A DNA stretch of 32,000 bases. Source: Chloroflexota bacterium (GTDB lineage Bacteria; Chloroflexota; Anaerolineae; Anaerolineales; Villigracilaceae). The position numbers were made by a program, and so were the translations under genes. The DNA lies in the NCBI GenBank assembly GCA_016235425.1, contig JACRLC010000064.1, forward strand, positions 6,242 through 38,241, written 5' to 3'. Under the pieces are notes generated by a model. The model saw only the letters and a list, made by a program, of their open reading frames with translations, had not been told where the DNA came from and did not search any database. Below are positions 1 to 9,122 of this stretch, piece by piece; positions within the stretch are counted from its first letter, which is position 1, and the number at the start of each line of letters is the position of its first letter.

Positions 1-2
1 CC

Positions 3-872
3 ATTGACCTGTGCCTCCATGCCGCCTGCCGCCCCGGGGATATTGTGGCGATTGAGTCCCCGATGTATTTTGGCACGCTCCAGACTCTCGAAGTTCATGG
101 ACTGCGCGCGTTGGAGATTCCCACCCATCCGCGCGATGGCATCAGCCTGTCTGCGCTGGAATTTGCACTTGAGCATAATCCCATCCGCGCCGTGTTGACC
201 ATTTCCAATTTCAACAACCCGCTGGGGAGCCAGATCCCGGACGACAGGAAGAAAGACCTGGTGGAGATGCTGGCGCGCCGCGACATCCCGCTGATCGAGA
301 ATGACGTTTCCGGGGAAATCTATTTCGGCGAGAAGCGCCCGATGGTCTGCAAAGCCTTCGATAAAAAAGGATTGGTGATGCTCATCTCGTCGTTCTCGAA
401 GGATATTGGGCCGGGACTGCGCGTCGGCTGGGTTGCGCCCGGACGATTCAAAGCAGAGGTGGAGTGGCTCAAGTTTACGGTCAGCGCCGCGTCACCGACC
501 CTGCCGCAGATGGCAGTGGCCGAATTCATCGAGAGCGGAGGTTACGAGCATCACCTGCGGCACATCCGGCGCGAATACGCCCGCAATGTGGACCTGCTGT
601 CAGCCGCGGTCATGCGTTATTTTCCCGGCGAAACGCGCGTGACGCGTCCATCGGGCGGGTTTGTTCTTTGGGTGCAATTGCCTGAGAACATGGACTCGCT
701 CGAACTGTACAAGCTGGCTTTGCAGGGCGGCATCACGCTTGCGCCGGGATACGTCTTCTCGGCGACCCAGCAGTTCCCAAACTTTATCCGCCTGAATGCC
801 GCGGAGTTCAATTATTCCACCGAGCGCGCGATTGAGCAGTTAGGGGACATGATTCTGGAGATGGGAAAATGA
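3..872 (+). CDS. PLP-dependent aminotransferase (class I/II fold), 5' end cut by window edge
   Basis: The frame stays open back to nt 3 (IDLCLHAACRPGDIVAIESPMYFG), so the listed Met at 45 is internal. SSFSKDIGPGLRVGW is an SxSK PLP-lysine motif. The C-terminal small domain is typical of aminotransferases. Confidence 0.8.
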   Translation: MDLCLHAACRPGDIVAIESPMYFGTLQTLEVHGLRALEIPTHPRDGISLSALEFALEHNPIRAVLTISNFNNPLGSQIPDDRKKDLVEMLARRDIPLIENDVSGEIYFGEKRPMVCKAFDKKGLVMLISSFSKDIGPGLRVGWVAPGRFKAEVEWLKFTVSAASPTLPQMAVAEFIESGGYEHHLRHIRREYARNVDLLSAAVMRYFPGETRVTRPSGGFVLWVQLPENMDSLELYKLALQGGITLAPGYVFSATQQFPNFIRLNAAEFNYSTERAIEQLGDMILEMGK

Positions 873-932
873 AAATCGAAACGGGAGCAGGCCTCAGGTC
901 CGGCTTGGAGGCGGGGATTTTGAATCCCGCGC

Positions 933-1337
933 TTACACTTTGAATTCAGCCAAAGCCGCGCCCACAGCGCTCAACGTCCCGGTAATAAATGAGCGCCAAA
1001 CTGTGTAGGAGAGAAATGTCAGGGGGGTGATTCCGTCAATATCCATGAGGAGAGACATCACCGCGATCAGGATGCCTGTGCTGATGCCGCTGACCACAGC
1101 CAGCAAGACTCTCCTGACCGATGATGCGCCCCCGCTTCCCACATTCACCAAAACCCCACCGAGAAAACCGCTCACGATCAGGGCTGGGGCAATATATTTG
1201 AGCGACAACTCCAGGCCGGTTCTGGTTATGTAAAGATATTCCGCATACCCGCCGACCAATGCAAAAATGAATACGATGAAGACGGCATGCCAGGCGCGCG
1301 GTTTTTGTGTTTTACGCAATTCCTCACGTTCATTCAT
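933..1337 (-). CDS. small polytopic membrane protein (about 134 aa, roughly 4 TM)
   Basis: The ATG at 1337 overlaps the TGA stop (1336-1334) of the upstream gene in an ATGA arrangement. The product MNEREELRKTQKPRAWHAVFIVFIF... has several hydrophobic helices. The ORF-track start at 1445 is a TTG extension. Confidence 0.55.
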   Translation of the reverse strand: MNEREELRKTQKPRAWHAVFIVFIFALVGGYAEYLYITRTGLELSLKYIAPALIVSGFLGGVLVNVGSGGASSVRRVLLAVVSGISTGILIAVMSLLMDIDGITPLTFLSYTVWRSFITGTLSAVGAALAEFKV

Positions 1338-3412
1338 TTTGCGGCGGATCGTAAGCGGCAGGTTGTAGAAGGCGGTGAAGATCTTTTGTTCGAGCAAAGC
1401 CCCGCTTTCGCCAAAGACGGGCACCGCACCGTTCGGGTCGCCCAAAACCCTGCCATGAAACGGGCCAGGGTGGGATAGCGATAGGTCATTTGAATGGGAA
1501 AGGACAGGTAACCGACGTATTTGAAAAACGCCAGGAAGAGGGCAATGCTATAGTCCTTGAAGTTCTTTTCCTTGATGACGAGGTACAGCACGTATAAGCC
1601 GCGGGCAAGCGAGCCGGGTGATATGGGGATGATCTGAAAGAGCGCAATGATGCCCGCGGCCACGGCGTATGCCTGCGCCCTGGGCATATCCGGGTTGTTG
1701 AACAGATACAAGGCCGCGAGGCCGATCGAAACAATGTGCGTCGTCGGCGCGAGGCACACGTGAACCGCAAGGCTTCTTAAATACTTGTGGATATACGGTT
1801 CATTGACCCGCGAGATGATTTCCTGCGCGTCCTTGCCGCTGATGATCCCTGCGGCTTTTCCCTCCTCGACCATTTCCTTCAGCCACTCTTCCCGCAGGGC
1901 TGCATCGAAATAAAGCCGCAGTGGCCGTATGAAAATGCGATACGCTTCGAGGCGGAAAAATTCGCGGTCCGAAAGAAAGCGGTGCAGGTTGACCGGCAGT
2001 TTGGCAAGCGGGATTTGATACAGATAGAGAAGCAGGGATTGGGAGATCTTATCAACCGCCTGCTCCGTGACCCTTCCCGCCCGGTGCCAGCGCAGGAGGG
2101 ATTCGATCCGCTTGGCAAAGAGAGCCTTTTTGATATATGGGATATCGTAAAGCAGTCTTTGGTAGTGTGAACGAAAGTCGGGCCTGCCAATGTATTTTCG
2201 GAAGGCGGATCCGAGGAAAGGAATGAAGCCGAGCAGGATGAAGCACATCAAAAAGAGTTTGTTGGCCCGCAGGCGCGCTTCGGTTTCATCGTCAATGATA
2301 TTCTTAATGCGCCAGCCGCCGACCGCGCTGCTGAAAATGGCCGCCCAGAGTGATTTGCTGGTCAGCAGGCGAATGCGATTGTGGGTCACATTGGGGACGG
2401 AATCTCTGTAGATGCGTTCGCACTCTTTCAATTCATCGAGAAGCGGGAGCATATCCGCGAAATCTTCACGGTTCTTTTCCACGAAGGCTTCAAGCCGGCT
2501 GAGATCGCCCCGGTCAAACTGGACGAGACTGCCGCGCTTGATCCCCTGAAAGATCAGTTTCACATCTCCCGGACTCATGGGCAGGAAGGGGAGCAAAGTG
2601 AGGCCTGCGCGGAAGTCCACTGCGGTCAGTCCGCGCGCAGGATCGGGGTCCGATTCGAGGCGCTTGAGGCTGTTTGGCTGGCTTTTCCACGTGGACCATT
2701 CATATTGGCGGGCAAACTCGTGCGCGCCCATCTCGTGCAGGAGCGACACAAAATCCCGCATGAAGGTTTTCTTTGCACGGTACTCCGGGGAACCCAGCAA
2801 AACGCTTTCCGTCTCTTCCCCCCTTTCCCAGTGTGAGAGCTGGTCTACGTGCTCGTCCACTTCCAGCCGCCAGGTACGCCCTTCCACCCAGTTACTGATC
2901 TCTCCGCAACTGCCGAGGGTGTGATCAACGAAAGTCCCGTGGATATCGTTGACCGAATTCTCGTCGCGAAAGCGCAGGGATGCCGCGCGGCGGATGAACT
3001 TTTGCCAGAGCGCGCCGGCGCGGGCGGCCAAAGGATTGACCTGTAATTGGAACGATCCCTGGAAACCGACGGCATAGAGCAGGTTTCTGAAAAATAACGC
3101 GCCGCGGGACGGAGGAATAAATATCTTTAAAGCATAAGGCTGGCCGACTTTGAATACCTGATTTTCCCCTTCAACCGAAACCACCCTGGCTTTATAAACC
3201 TGCCCGGCAAAACCGCCGCCGACATATCGTTCGACAGCCAATGAAACACGAATACAATTTTTCCGCGTTGCAACAGAGGCCAACGTCACATCATATGTGA
3301 GTTGATCATCCGGGTCATACCGCTCAACCCGCATGGGCCGGTCGAGCTGGCAGGCCGTAAACCTTTTTTCAAGGTCCTTGCACTTCCCTACCGAATAAAT
3401 TGTCACTGTCAA
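1334..3412 (-). CDS. atypical protein-kinase-like domain fused to a C-terminal polytopic membrane domain
   Basis: 692-aa ORF. GGGFAGQVYKA is a glycine-rich loop and YALKIF is a VAIK-type lysine. AVDFRAG could be a DFG-like motif. The C-terminal third is hydrophobic (LFLMCFILLGFIPFLG, IGLAALYLF, AAGIIALFQIIPISPG). Confidence 0.6.
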   Translation of the reverse strand: MTVTIYSVGKCKDLEKRFTACQLDRPMRVERYDPDDQLTYDVTLASVATRKNCIRVSLAVERYVGGGFAGQVYKARVVSVEGENQVFKVGQPYALKIFIPPSRGALFFRNLLYAVGFQGSFQLQVNPLAARAGALWQKFIRRAASLRFRDENSVNDIHGTFVDHTLGSCGEISNWVEGRTWRLEVDEHVDQLSHWERGEETESVLLGSPEYRAKKTFMRDFVSLLHEMGAHEFARQYEWSTWKSQPNSLKRLESDPDPARGLTAVDFRAGLTLLPFLPMSPGDVKLIFQGIKRGSLVQFDRGDLSRLEAFVEKNREDFADMLPLLDELKECERIYRDSVPNVTHNRIRLLTSKSLWAAIFSSAVGGWRIKNIIDDETEARLRANKLFLMCFILLGFIPFLGSAFRKYIGRPDFRSHYQRLLYDIPYIKKALFAKRIESLLRWHRAGRVTEQAVDKISQSLLLYLYQIPLAKLPVNLHRFLSDREFFRLEAYRIFIRPLRLYFDAALREEWLKEMVEEGKAAGIISGKDAQEIISRVNEPYIHKYLRSLAVHVCLAPTTHIVSIGLAALYLFNNPDMPRAQAYAVAAGIIALFQIIPISPGSLARGLYVLYLVIKEKNFKDYSIALFLAFFKYVGYLSFPIQMTYRYPTLARFMAGFWATRTVRCPSLAKAGLCSNKRSSPPSTTCRLRSAAK

Positions 3413-3660
3413 AATCCTCGATTACATTACTGATAAACAAAGAGGACATTAATAGTCTTATTATTGTGAATTATATGTGCGAACGCCTTTTCAGGCAATA
3501 GGCCGCCCGGCAATCGGGAAATACTTTTCATCGTTACTCCTTTGCCAAACCGGTGTTATTGGTAATCGTCTGGATCGTAAAAATAATTAGCCCGCACTTC
3601 CTATTGAATATCACAGAGCCGGGGGATAAGATAAAAATACGCCGACATATTAGGAGAATT

Positions 3661-4416
3661 ATGAGAAACCGCCAAAGTCTTGTCGGACTGGCGTTGGCCG
3701 CGGCATTAAGCGCGTGCAGTTTATCGCCCGACTCAACCACACCGCTTTCCGCGGAGCCGACGACTGGTTCGCCCACCGAATTACAGGTTCAGCCCTCAAG
3801 CACGCCACCGCCACTCATCCCGCCGACAGATCTTCCCACCCTCACAGCAACTCCCGCTCTCGAAGAAGTGACCGCGTTCGCGAAAGAGGAACTGATCAAT
3901 TGCCGCTTTGGGCCTGGCACTGTTTACATCGTTATCGGCCAGCTGAAAGAGGGGCAAAGCGCCCGCGTGGTTGGCAGGGACGCGGGAAGCGCCTGGTACT
4001 ATGTCCATGACCCCGGCAACCCGGATGGATTCTGCTGGCTCGCGGCGGATGTAGTCGAGATAGAAGGCAACCCGGAAGCCCTGGCCGTAGTTTCACCTCC
4101 CGCACCCTCCGTGACGGATATTACGGTCGTCGTGGAGCCGAACCGCATGGTGGTCCCGTGCAGTCAGTTTCCGCAAGTCGTTTACATCACCGCCGAGGTC
4201 ACCACGGATGGTCCTGCGCTCGTGACCTATCGCTGGGAAGCCAGCACGGGCGTGTCGTCCGTGGATAATGCGATTGCCTTCGAGGAAGCGGGCACGCAAA
4301 CGATCCAGGATTACTACCAGATTGGCGCTCCCAACGATTATTGGATCGGTCTGCACGTGCTCGGCCCAAACGATTTAAGCGAGCAAACCAACTTCCGCGT
4401 GATCTGCAACCCATAG
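3661..4416 (+). CDS. secreted lipoprotein with bacterial SH3-like domain
   Basis: AGGAG RBS 6 nt before the ATG at 3661. MRNRQSLVGLALAAALSAC is a lipobox signal. A Pro/Thr linker follows, then NCRFGPGTVYIVIGQLKEGQSARVVGRDAGSAWYYV, an SH3b-like pattern. Confidence 0.7.
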   Translation: MRNRQSLVGLALAAALSACSLSPDSTTPLSAEPTTGSPTELQVQPSSTPPPLIPPTDLPTLTATPALEEVTAFAKEELINCRFGPGTVYIVIGQLKEGQSARVVGRDAGSAWYYVHDPGNPDGFCWLAADVVEIEGNPEALAVVSPPAPSVTDITVVVEPNRMVVPCSQFPQVVYITAEVTTDGPALVTYRWEASTGVSSVDNAIAFEEAGTQTIQDYYQIGAPNDYWIGLHVLGPNDLSEQTNFRVICNP

Positions 4417-4423
4417 CGCTGTG

Positions 4424-4450
4424 TTCCACCGCAGTTGAACTGCGGTGGAA
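4424..4450 (+). terminator. 12-bp perfect stem hairpin after the lipoprotein gene
   Basis: ttccaccgcagt-tga-actgcggtggaa lies immediately after the stop at 4416. The T-run is weak. Confidence 0.45.
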
Positions 4451-4476
4451 ACTTTGAGTGGGGTACAATTTGGCCC

Positions 4477-5085
4477 ATGCCCAAACTCAAGTCCCCTCTT
4501 GCATCGTTCTTTATCACAATCCTTGCAATTACCCTGTTGGCTTTCCTTGGGCCGGAGGAGAAATCGCTTGGCGCAAACGTGCGGATCGTGTACCTGCACG
4601 GCGCGTGGGTGCTGGCCGCTGAGATGGCATTCGCTGCCGCCGGTCTCGCGGGATTGATCGGCCTGGTTGCGCGAAGGGAAAAGTTCCACGCCTGGTCCGC
4701 CGCGCTGGGCCGCGCCGGCATCGTCTTCTGGTTGACGTACCTGCCGCTTTCACTGTTTGCCATGCAGGCCAACTGGAACGGACTTTTCCTAGCCGAGCCG
4801 CGCTTCCGCCTGGCAACGACCTTCGCCATTGTAGGCATTCTCCTGCAAGTTGGCCTATGGGTCATGAATATGCCCTGGGTCACTTCGCTGGCGAACCTGA
4901 TTTTCATTGTTGTCCTGCGCTTCGTGTTTTCCACTGCATCCAACATCATGCACCCACCGCCTTCGCCGATCTTCAATTCGGGGAATTATGCGATCATCGG
5001 ATTCTTTGTCGGTCTGAACTTGCTGGCCTGGGTCGCGGCATATTTTCTGACACGATGGTTCCTCGGCATAAAAAATAATTCATAA
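4477..5085 (+). CDS. polytopic membrane protein, distant CcmC/CcsA-like look
   Basis: Likely start MPKLKSPL at 4477. Six hydrophobic segments. VRIVYLHGAWVLAAEMAF resembles the RIxYxHVPxAW region of cytochrome c assembly proteins, but no Trp-rich WWD motif is seen. Confidence 0.6.
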   Translation: MPKLKSPLASFFITILAITLLAFLGPEEKSLGANVRIVYLHGAWVLAAEMAFAAAGLAGLIGLVARREKFHAWSAALGRAGIVFWLTYLPLSLFAMQANWNGLFLAEPRFRLATTFAIVGILLQVGLWVMNMPWVTSLANLIFIVVLRFVFSTASNIMHPPPSPIFNSGNYAIIGFFVGLNLLAWVAAYFLTRWFLGIKNNS

Positions 5086-5135
5086 CAACCGTTACTGATC
5101 ACTGTTCACTGATTACCGCCTATTGATCCCTCCAT

Positions 5136-6281
5136 ATGCGCCTGCGCTTCCAACTCTTCATTTTCATGCTCTTACGCACCATCCTGAATACCATGCACAG
5201 GATGGTGTATCCATTTTTGGCAGTCTTTGCACGCGGCCTCGGTGTGGATGTCACGACATTATCGTTGGTCGTTACCGTGCGTTCGTTCGCCGGGATGCTG
5301 GGTCCGCTCTTTGCCCCCATCGCGGATAAAAAAGGGCGCAAGTTTGGCATGTTGGCGGGGATCGTGATCTTTACATTCGGTGTGGGGTTGGTTGCAGTCT
5401 ATCCCAGCTTGTACACGCTCTCCGCCGGTTTGATCCTTGCATTGTTCGGAAAGTATTTTTTGGACCCCGCCACACAAGCCTATTTTGGCGACCGCGTACC
5501 TTATGAACAACGCGGCACGGCGCTGGCTGTGGCGGAAATGTCCTGGTCACTGGCGTTTATCGTGGGGGTACCATCGATAGCTTTTTTGATCGCACGTTAC
5601 GGTTGGTCTGCGCCGTTTCCGCTTTTGGCAATGCTCAGTATTTTGATGTTTGCAGTCATCTGGAGCATTGTCCCGCATGAAGACGAGCATCATGAAAAGA
5701 TGAACAACTCACGCGATGGTTACCACGCGGTATTCACTTCCATCCCCGCTTTGGCGGGAGTATCGATTGCGTTATGGGCCAGCGCGGCGAATGAGATGGT
5801 CAACCTGGTGTTTGGTGTATGGCTGGAAGATTCGTTTGGGTTGAAGATTGCGGCGCTTGCAGGAGACTCCACAGTGATCGGGGTTTCGGAATTGGGCGGG
5901 GAGGGCCTCGTTGCGCTCACAACGGACCGGCTCGGCAAGCCGCGCGCCCTGGCGCTGGGACTGGCATTGAACATGATCGCGTCCATTCTGTTGCCATTCA
6001 TCGGCAGGACGCAAATCGGCGCGTTGGTTGGGCTTTTCTTCTTTTACATCACCTTTGAATATGTGATGGTCAGCCATATCCCGATGATGCCCGAATTGGT
6101 TCCGAAGGCGCGGGCAACGATGTTGTCACTTAATATCGCCGGTCACTCCGTGGGGCGTGCGCTTGGAGCACTGCTGGCAACTTTCATCTACCAGCAGTTT
6201 GGTTTCGTTTTCGTTGCGCTCTCCGCGGTCATTTTCAACGTGTTCAGTTTGCTGGCCCTGCGTCGAATGATGCGGTCATGA
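5136..6281 (+). CDS. MFS transporter
   Basis: 381 aa with about 12 TM segments. PIADKKGRKFG is the loop 2-3 motif typical of MFS proteins. Confidence 0.8.
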   Translation: MRLRFQLFIFMLLRTILNTMHRMVYPFLAVFARGLGVDVTTLSLVVTVRSFAGMLGPLFAPIADKKGRKFGMLAGIVIFTFGVGLVAVYPSLYTLSAGLILALFGKYFLDPATQAYFGDRVPYEQRGTALAVAEMSWSLAFIVGVPSIAFLIARYGWSAPFPLLAMLSILMFAVIWSIVPHEDEHHEKMNNSRDGYHAVFTSIPALAGVSIALWASAANEMVNLVFGVWLEDSFGLKIAALAGDSTVIGVSELGGEGLVALTTDRLGKPRALALGLALNMIASILLPFIGRTQIGALVGLFFFYITFEYVMVSHIPMMPELVPKARATMLSLNIAGHSVGRALGALLATFIYQQFGFVFVALSAVIFNVFSLLALRRMMRS

Positions 6282-6844
6282 ACGGCATGTATATTCCGGC
6301 GATTCTTGCCGCGGTCGTTGTATTACTGGCAGGGCTGTGGGTTCTTGTTCCCATCCTTTATGGTGTGCCATGGCGGCCAACACATGCAGACCGAATCCGC
6401 AAAGCGTTAAAGCTTGCAGGCCTGAGACCAGATGAGCTTGTCTACGACTTGGGCGCGGGCGATGGGCGCGTCATTATCCTCGCGGCGCGTGAATTCGGAG
6501 CGCAGGGAGTGGGGATCGAGGTCGGTTTTTTGCAGGTTATGTTCGCGGGGGTAATGGCCTGGTTTAATGGGGTCAGTTCCAGGGTCCGCATGATGCGAGG
6601 GAATTTTTATCGGGCCGATCTGCATGAGGCGGATGTTGTGTTTGCATATCTCACGTCCGACCAGGCATTTCATTTGCAAAAACAATTGGGAGCCCAGTTG
6701 AAAAATGGGGCGCGAGTAATTACGATTTCGTTCGATCTGCCCGGCTGGCAGCCCGAGGCTTTTGACCGCGACAATCTGATCTTTCTATATCGGATACCCC
6801 CTGTAAAAGGAGACCTGGCTTCATTTTTGAATGCGCAGGAATAA
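6278..6844 (+). CDS. class I SAM-dependent methyltransferase with N-terminal TM anchor
   Basis: ATGA overlap with the MFS stop. VYDLGAGDGRVIILAA is SAM-binding motif I. N-terminal hydrophobic helix. Confidence 0.8.
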   Translation: MNGMYIPAILAAVVVLLAGLWVLVPILYGVPWRPTHADRIRKALKLAGLRPDELVYDLGAGDGRVIILAAREFGAQGVGIEVGFLQVMFAGVMAWFNGVSSRVRMMRGNFYRADLHEADVVFAYLTSDQAFHLQKQLGAQLKNGARVITISFDLPGWQPEAFDRDNLIFLYRIPPVKGDLASFLNAQE

Positions 6845-6879
6845 AAAAAGAACCCTGTCTTTCGACAGGATCCTTTTCT
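6843..6879. terminator. bidirectional hairpin terminator between convergent genes
   Basis: cctgtc-tttc-gacagg (6854-6869) is flanked by an A-run upstream and ccttttc downstream. Confidence 0.5.
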
Positions 6880-6894
6880 ACAACGATTGAGCGA

Positions 6895-7050
6895 TTACAC
6901 ACCGCCGAGGCTGGAGTTGATGTCGCTGAAGACGTTGCCGATGATCGGGCCAAGAACCATCAAAGCCGCGATAACAACAATGGCAACCAAAACGAGAATC
7001 AGCGCATATTCAACAAGACCCTGGCCTTTTTCTTTGGGGGCAAATAACAT
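6895..7050 (-). CDS. flp: Flp/Fap family type IVb pilin (51 aa)
   Basis: MLFAPKEKGQGLVEYALILVLVAIVVIAALMVLGPIIG contains the G/xxxxEY Flp processing motif followed by a hydrophobic helix. AGGAGA RBS upstream of the ATG at 7050. Confidence 0.75.
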   Translation of the reverse strand: MLFAPKEKGQGLVEYALILVLVAIVVIAALMVLGPIIGNVFSDINSSLGGV

Positions 7051-7315
7051 GGGGAAAGTCTCCTTTCTTCTAGAATTTCCCAGGAAGGCCTCCTGAGATT
7101 GTCTATATTGTACTTGCTTGCATAAAAAATACAAGAGGTTATAAAACGATTTTCCTAACAGTTATGTTAGACTAACAGGAATGAAAGTGCTTAAATGGCA
7201 CGGGGCACCAGGAAAATTTAAAAAAACCGAAACATTCGGTACAGTTGTACCATTTTACTGTTTAAGCTCACAGTTTAAAATTAATTTTATACTAATGAAG
7301 CATGAGGTATTTCAC

Positions 7316-7684
7316 ATGACACTTCAAAACATGTTTCTCGTCAATTCGGCGATTTCAGTATTCTTCTCGCTGGCCCTTCTGCTGATGCCCGGCCCCATGC
7401 TTGAACTATTCAGCCTGTCTGGAAATCCCACAGAGAAGTTGTTGTTGCAGTTTTTTGGCGCTCAACTGCTGGCCACGGGTTTGCTCACGCTTTTCGCCAT
7501 GAATACAAAGGAACTGCGCTCCCAGCGTTCCCTGACACTGGCTTTCTTCATTGCCGATGGGATCGGTTTTATCGTGGCGCTCGGCGGTATGCTCACCGGC
7601 GTGATGGGTACACTGGGTTGGGGATTTGTCCTGGTGTATCTGCTTCTTGCGCTGGGATTCGGATATTTCCAGTTCATCGGTTGA
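7316..7684 (+). CDS. small 4-TM membrane protein
   Basis: The most plausible start is MTLQNMF at 7316, with tgaggt 7 nt upstream. The upstream part of the ORF is AT-rich and non-protein-like. Confidence 0.55.
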   Translation: MTLQNMFLVNSAISVFFSLALLLMPGPMLELFSLSGNPTEKLLLQFFGAQLLATGLLTLFAMNTKELRSQRSLTLAFFIADGIGFIVALGGMLTGVMGTLGWGFVLVYLLLALGFGYFQFIG

Positions 7685-7798
7685 AGTTGATCCTTCGATA
7701 AGGTTGCCGCCTCCCGGGAGACGGCTTTTTGCGCCGATCTGCTAAAATAGTATCATCCTGCCTGTGCGAATGAAAAAAAGTACAAACGGTCACGAACC

Positions 7799-9073
7799 AT
7801 GCTCATTCACTCTGCCTCTCAACTTCTCACTCTTGCAGGCGGCCCGCAACGCGGACGCGCTCTCGGCACGCTGGGGGTCATCGAAAAAGGCGCGGTGTTG
7901 ATCCGCGATGAAAAGATTGTCCAGGTCGGCCCGACCGCAGAACTGAAAGCCTCATACCCCGACGAACCATCCCTCGATGCCACAGGTTGCGTGGTGATGC
8001 CTGGCTTTGTCGATCCGCACACACATCTCATCTGGGGCGGCGACCGCGCCAACGAGTTTGAGATGAAGATGGCGGGAGCCAGGTATCTGGATATCCTTGC
8101 CTCGGGGGGCGGGATCATCTCAACGGTCCGCGCGACGCGCACAGCATCCATCGAATCGTTGATCGCACAGACTCGTCCGCGTTTGATCCGTATGTTCGCG
8201 CACGGCACGACGACCGCCGAAGCAAAAACCGGTTACGGCCTGCAAACCGCCACCGAATTACGCCTGCTCAAGGCCCTGCTCGCCCTCGACGATGAATCCC
8301 CGCTCGATATTGCCATCACCTTTCTCGGCGCGCACGCCATCGCACCCGAATTTAAAGACGATCCGCAAGGCTACACCGACCTGGTCTGCGAGACGATGCT
8401 TCCCATGCTCAAAGAATGGTGGGGGACTCACGCCCCGAAATTGACTCTGCCCTTTGTGGACGTCTTCTGTGAAAGCCAGGCTTTTGATCTCAAGCAGTCG
8501 CGTCAAATCCTGACAAAAGCAGGGTCGCTGGGATTCCCGCTCAAGATCCACGCTGATGAATTTGACAACCTTGGCGGCGCGAGCCTTGCAGTGGAATTGG
8601 GCGCGGCCTCCGCCGATCATCTGGTCAAGACCTCGGACGCAGACATGGCCGCGCTCGGAAAATCTGATACTGTTGCAGTGGCCCTGCCCTGCACGCCCTT
8701 TGGCCTCGCCGAAAAAGATTACACACCTGCGCACAAATTGATCGAGGCAGATGCAATTCTTGCCCTCGCAACGGATTGCAACCCAGGCACATCCTGGAAC
8801 GAGTCGATGCAATTCTCCATCGCACTGGCCTGCCGTTACATGGGGTTGACTCCCGCGCAGGCCATCGCCGCCTCTACGATCAATTCCGCGCACGCCATCC
8901 GCAGGTCCGATACGATCGGTTCGCTTGAAGCGGGCAAACAAGCCGATCTTCTGATCCTATCTGTTCCAGATTATCGTCATTTGGGTTATCGCTACGGGAC
9001 GAATCTCGTCAAGCAGGTCATCAAACACGGACGCGTCTACTCGGTGGATGTGGGTTATTATCGAAGCGCCTGA
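7799..9073 (+). CDS. hutI: imidazolonepropionase
   Basis: GFVDPHTHLIWGGDRANEFEMKMAGARYLDILASGGGIISTVRATR, IHADEF and ATDCNPGTS are hallmark HutI amidohydrolase motifs. Confidence 0.9.
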   Translation: MLIHSASQLLTLAGGPQRGRALGTLGVIEKGAVLIRDEKIVQVGPTAELKASYPDEPSLDATGCVVMPGFVDPHTHLIWGGDRANEFEMKMAGARYLDILASGGGIISTVRATRTASIESLIAQTRPRLIRMFAHGTTTAEAKTGYGLQTATELRLLKALLALDDESPLDIAITFLGAHAIAPEFKDDPQGYTDLVCETMLPMLKEWWGTHAPKLTLPFVDVFCESQAFDLKQSRQILTKAGSLGFPLKIHADEFDNLGGASLAVELGAASADHLVKTSDADMAALGKSDTVAVALPCTPFGLAEKDYTPAHKLIEADAILALATDCNPGTSWNESMQFSIALACRYMGLTPAQAIAASTINSAHAIRRSDTIGSLEAGKQADLLILSVPDYRHLGYRYGTNLVKQVIKHGRVYSVDVGYYRSA

Positions 9074-9122
9074 TCGCCTGCCGATCCAATTCAAACCAAC
9101 TTAGAGCTAAACTTCCTTGAAC

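Noticed and set aside
1334-1445. Possible frameshift or pseudogene: the 692-aa ORF ends in a junk-like basic tail while the overlapping 170-aa ORF is open in another frame for 112 nt.
   Set aside because: The downstream ORF has an internal ATG at 1337 that forms a classic ATGA stop/start overlap with the upstream gene. The 1445 start is only a TTG. Two coupled genes explain the layout without a frameshift, although a sequencing error near the GGGTTTTGGG run cannot be excluded.
8258-8941. Long antisense ORFs inside GC-rich backbone genes. The same applies to 10941-11786, 25670-26269, 27432-28220, 4338-4976 and 11683-12363.
   Set aside because: Each lies opposite a gene with clear family motifs (hutI, arginase, miaB, gcvT-like, and others). 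Each has an Arg/Gly/Ala-rich low-information sequence typical of GC-rich shadow frames.
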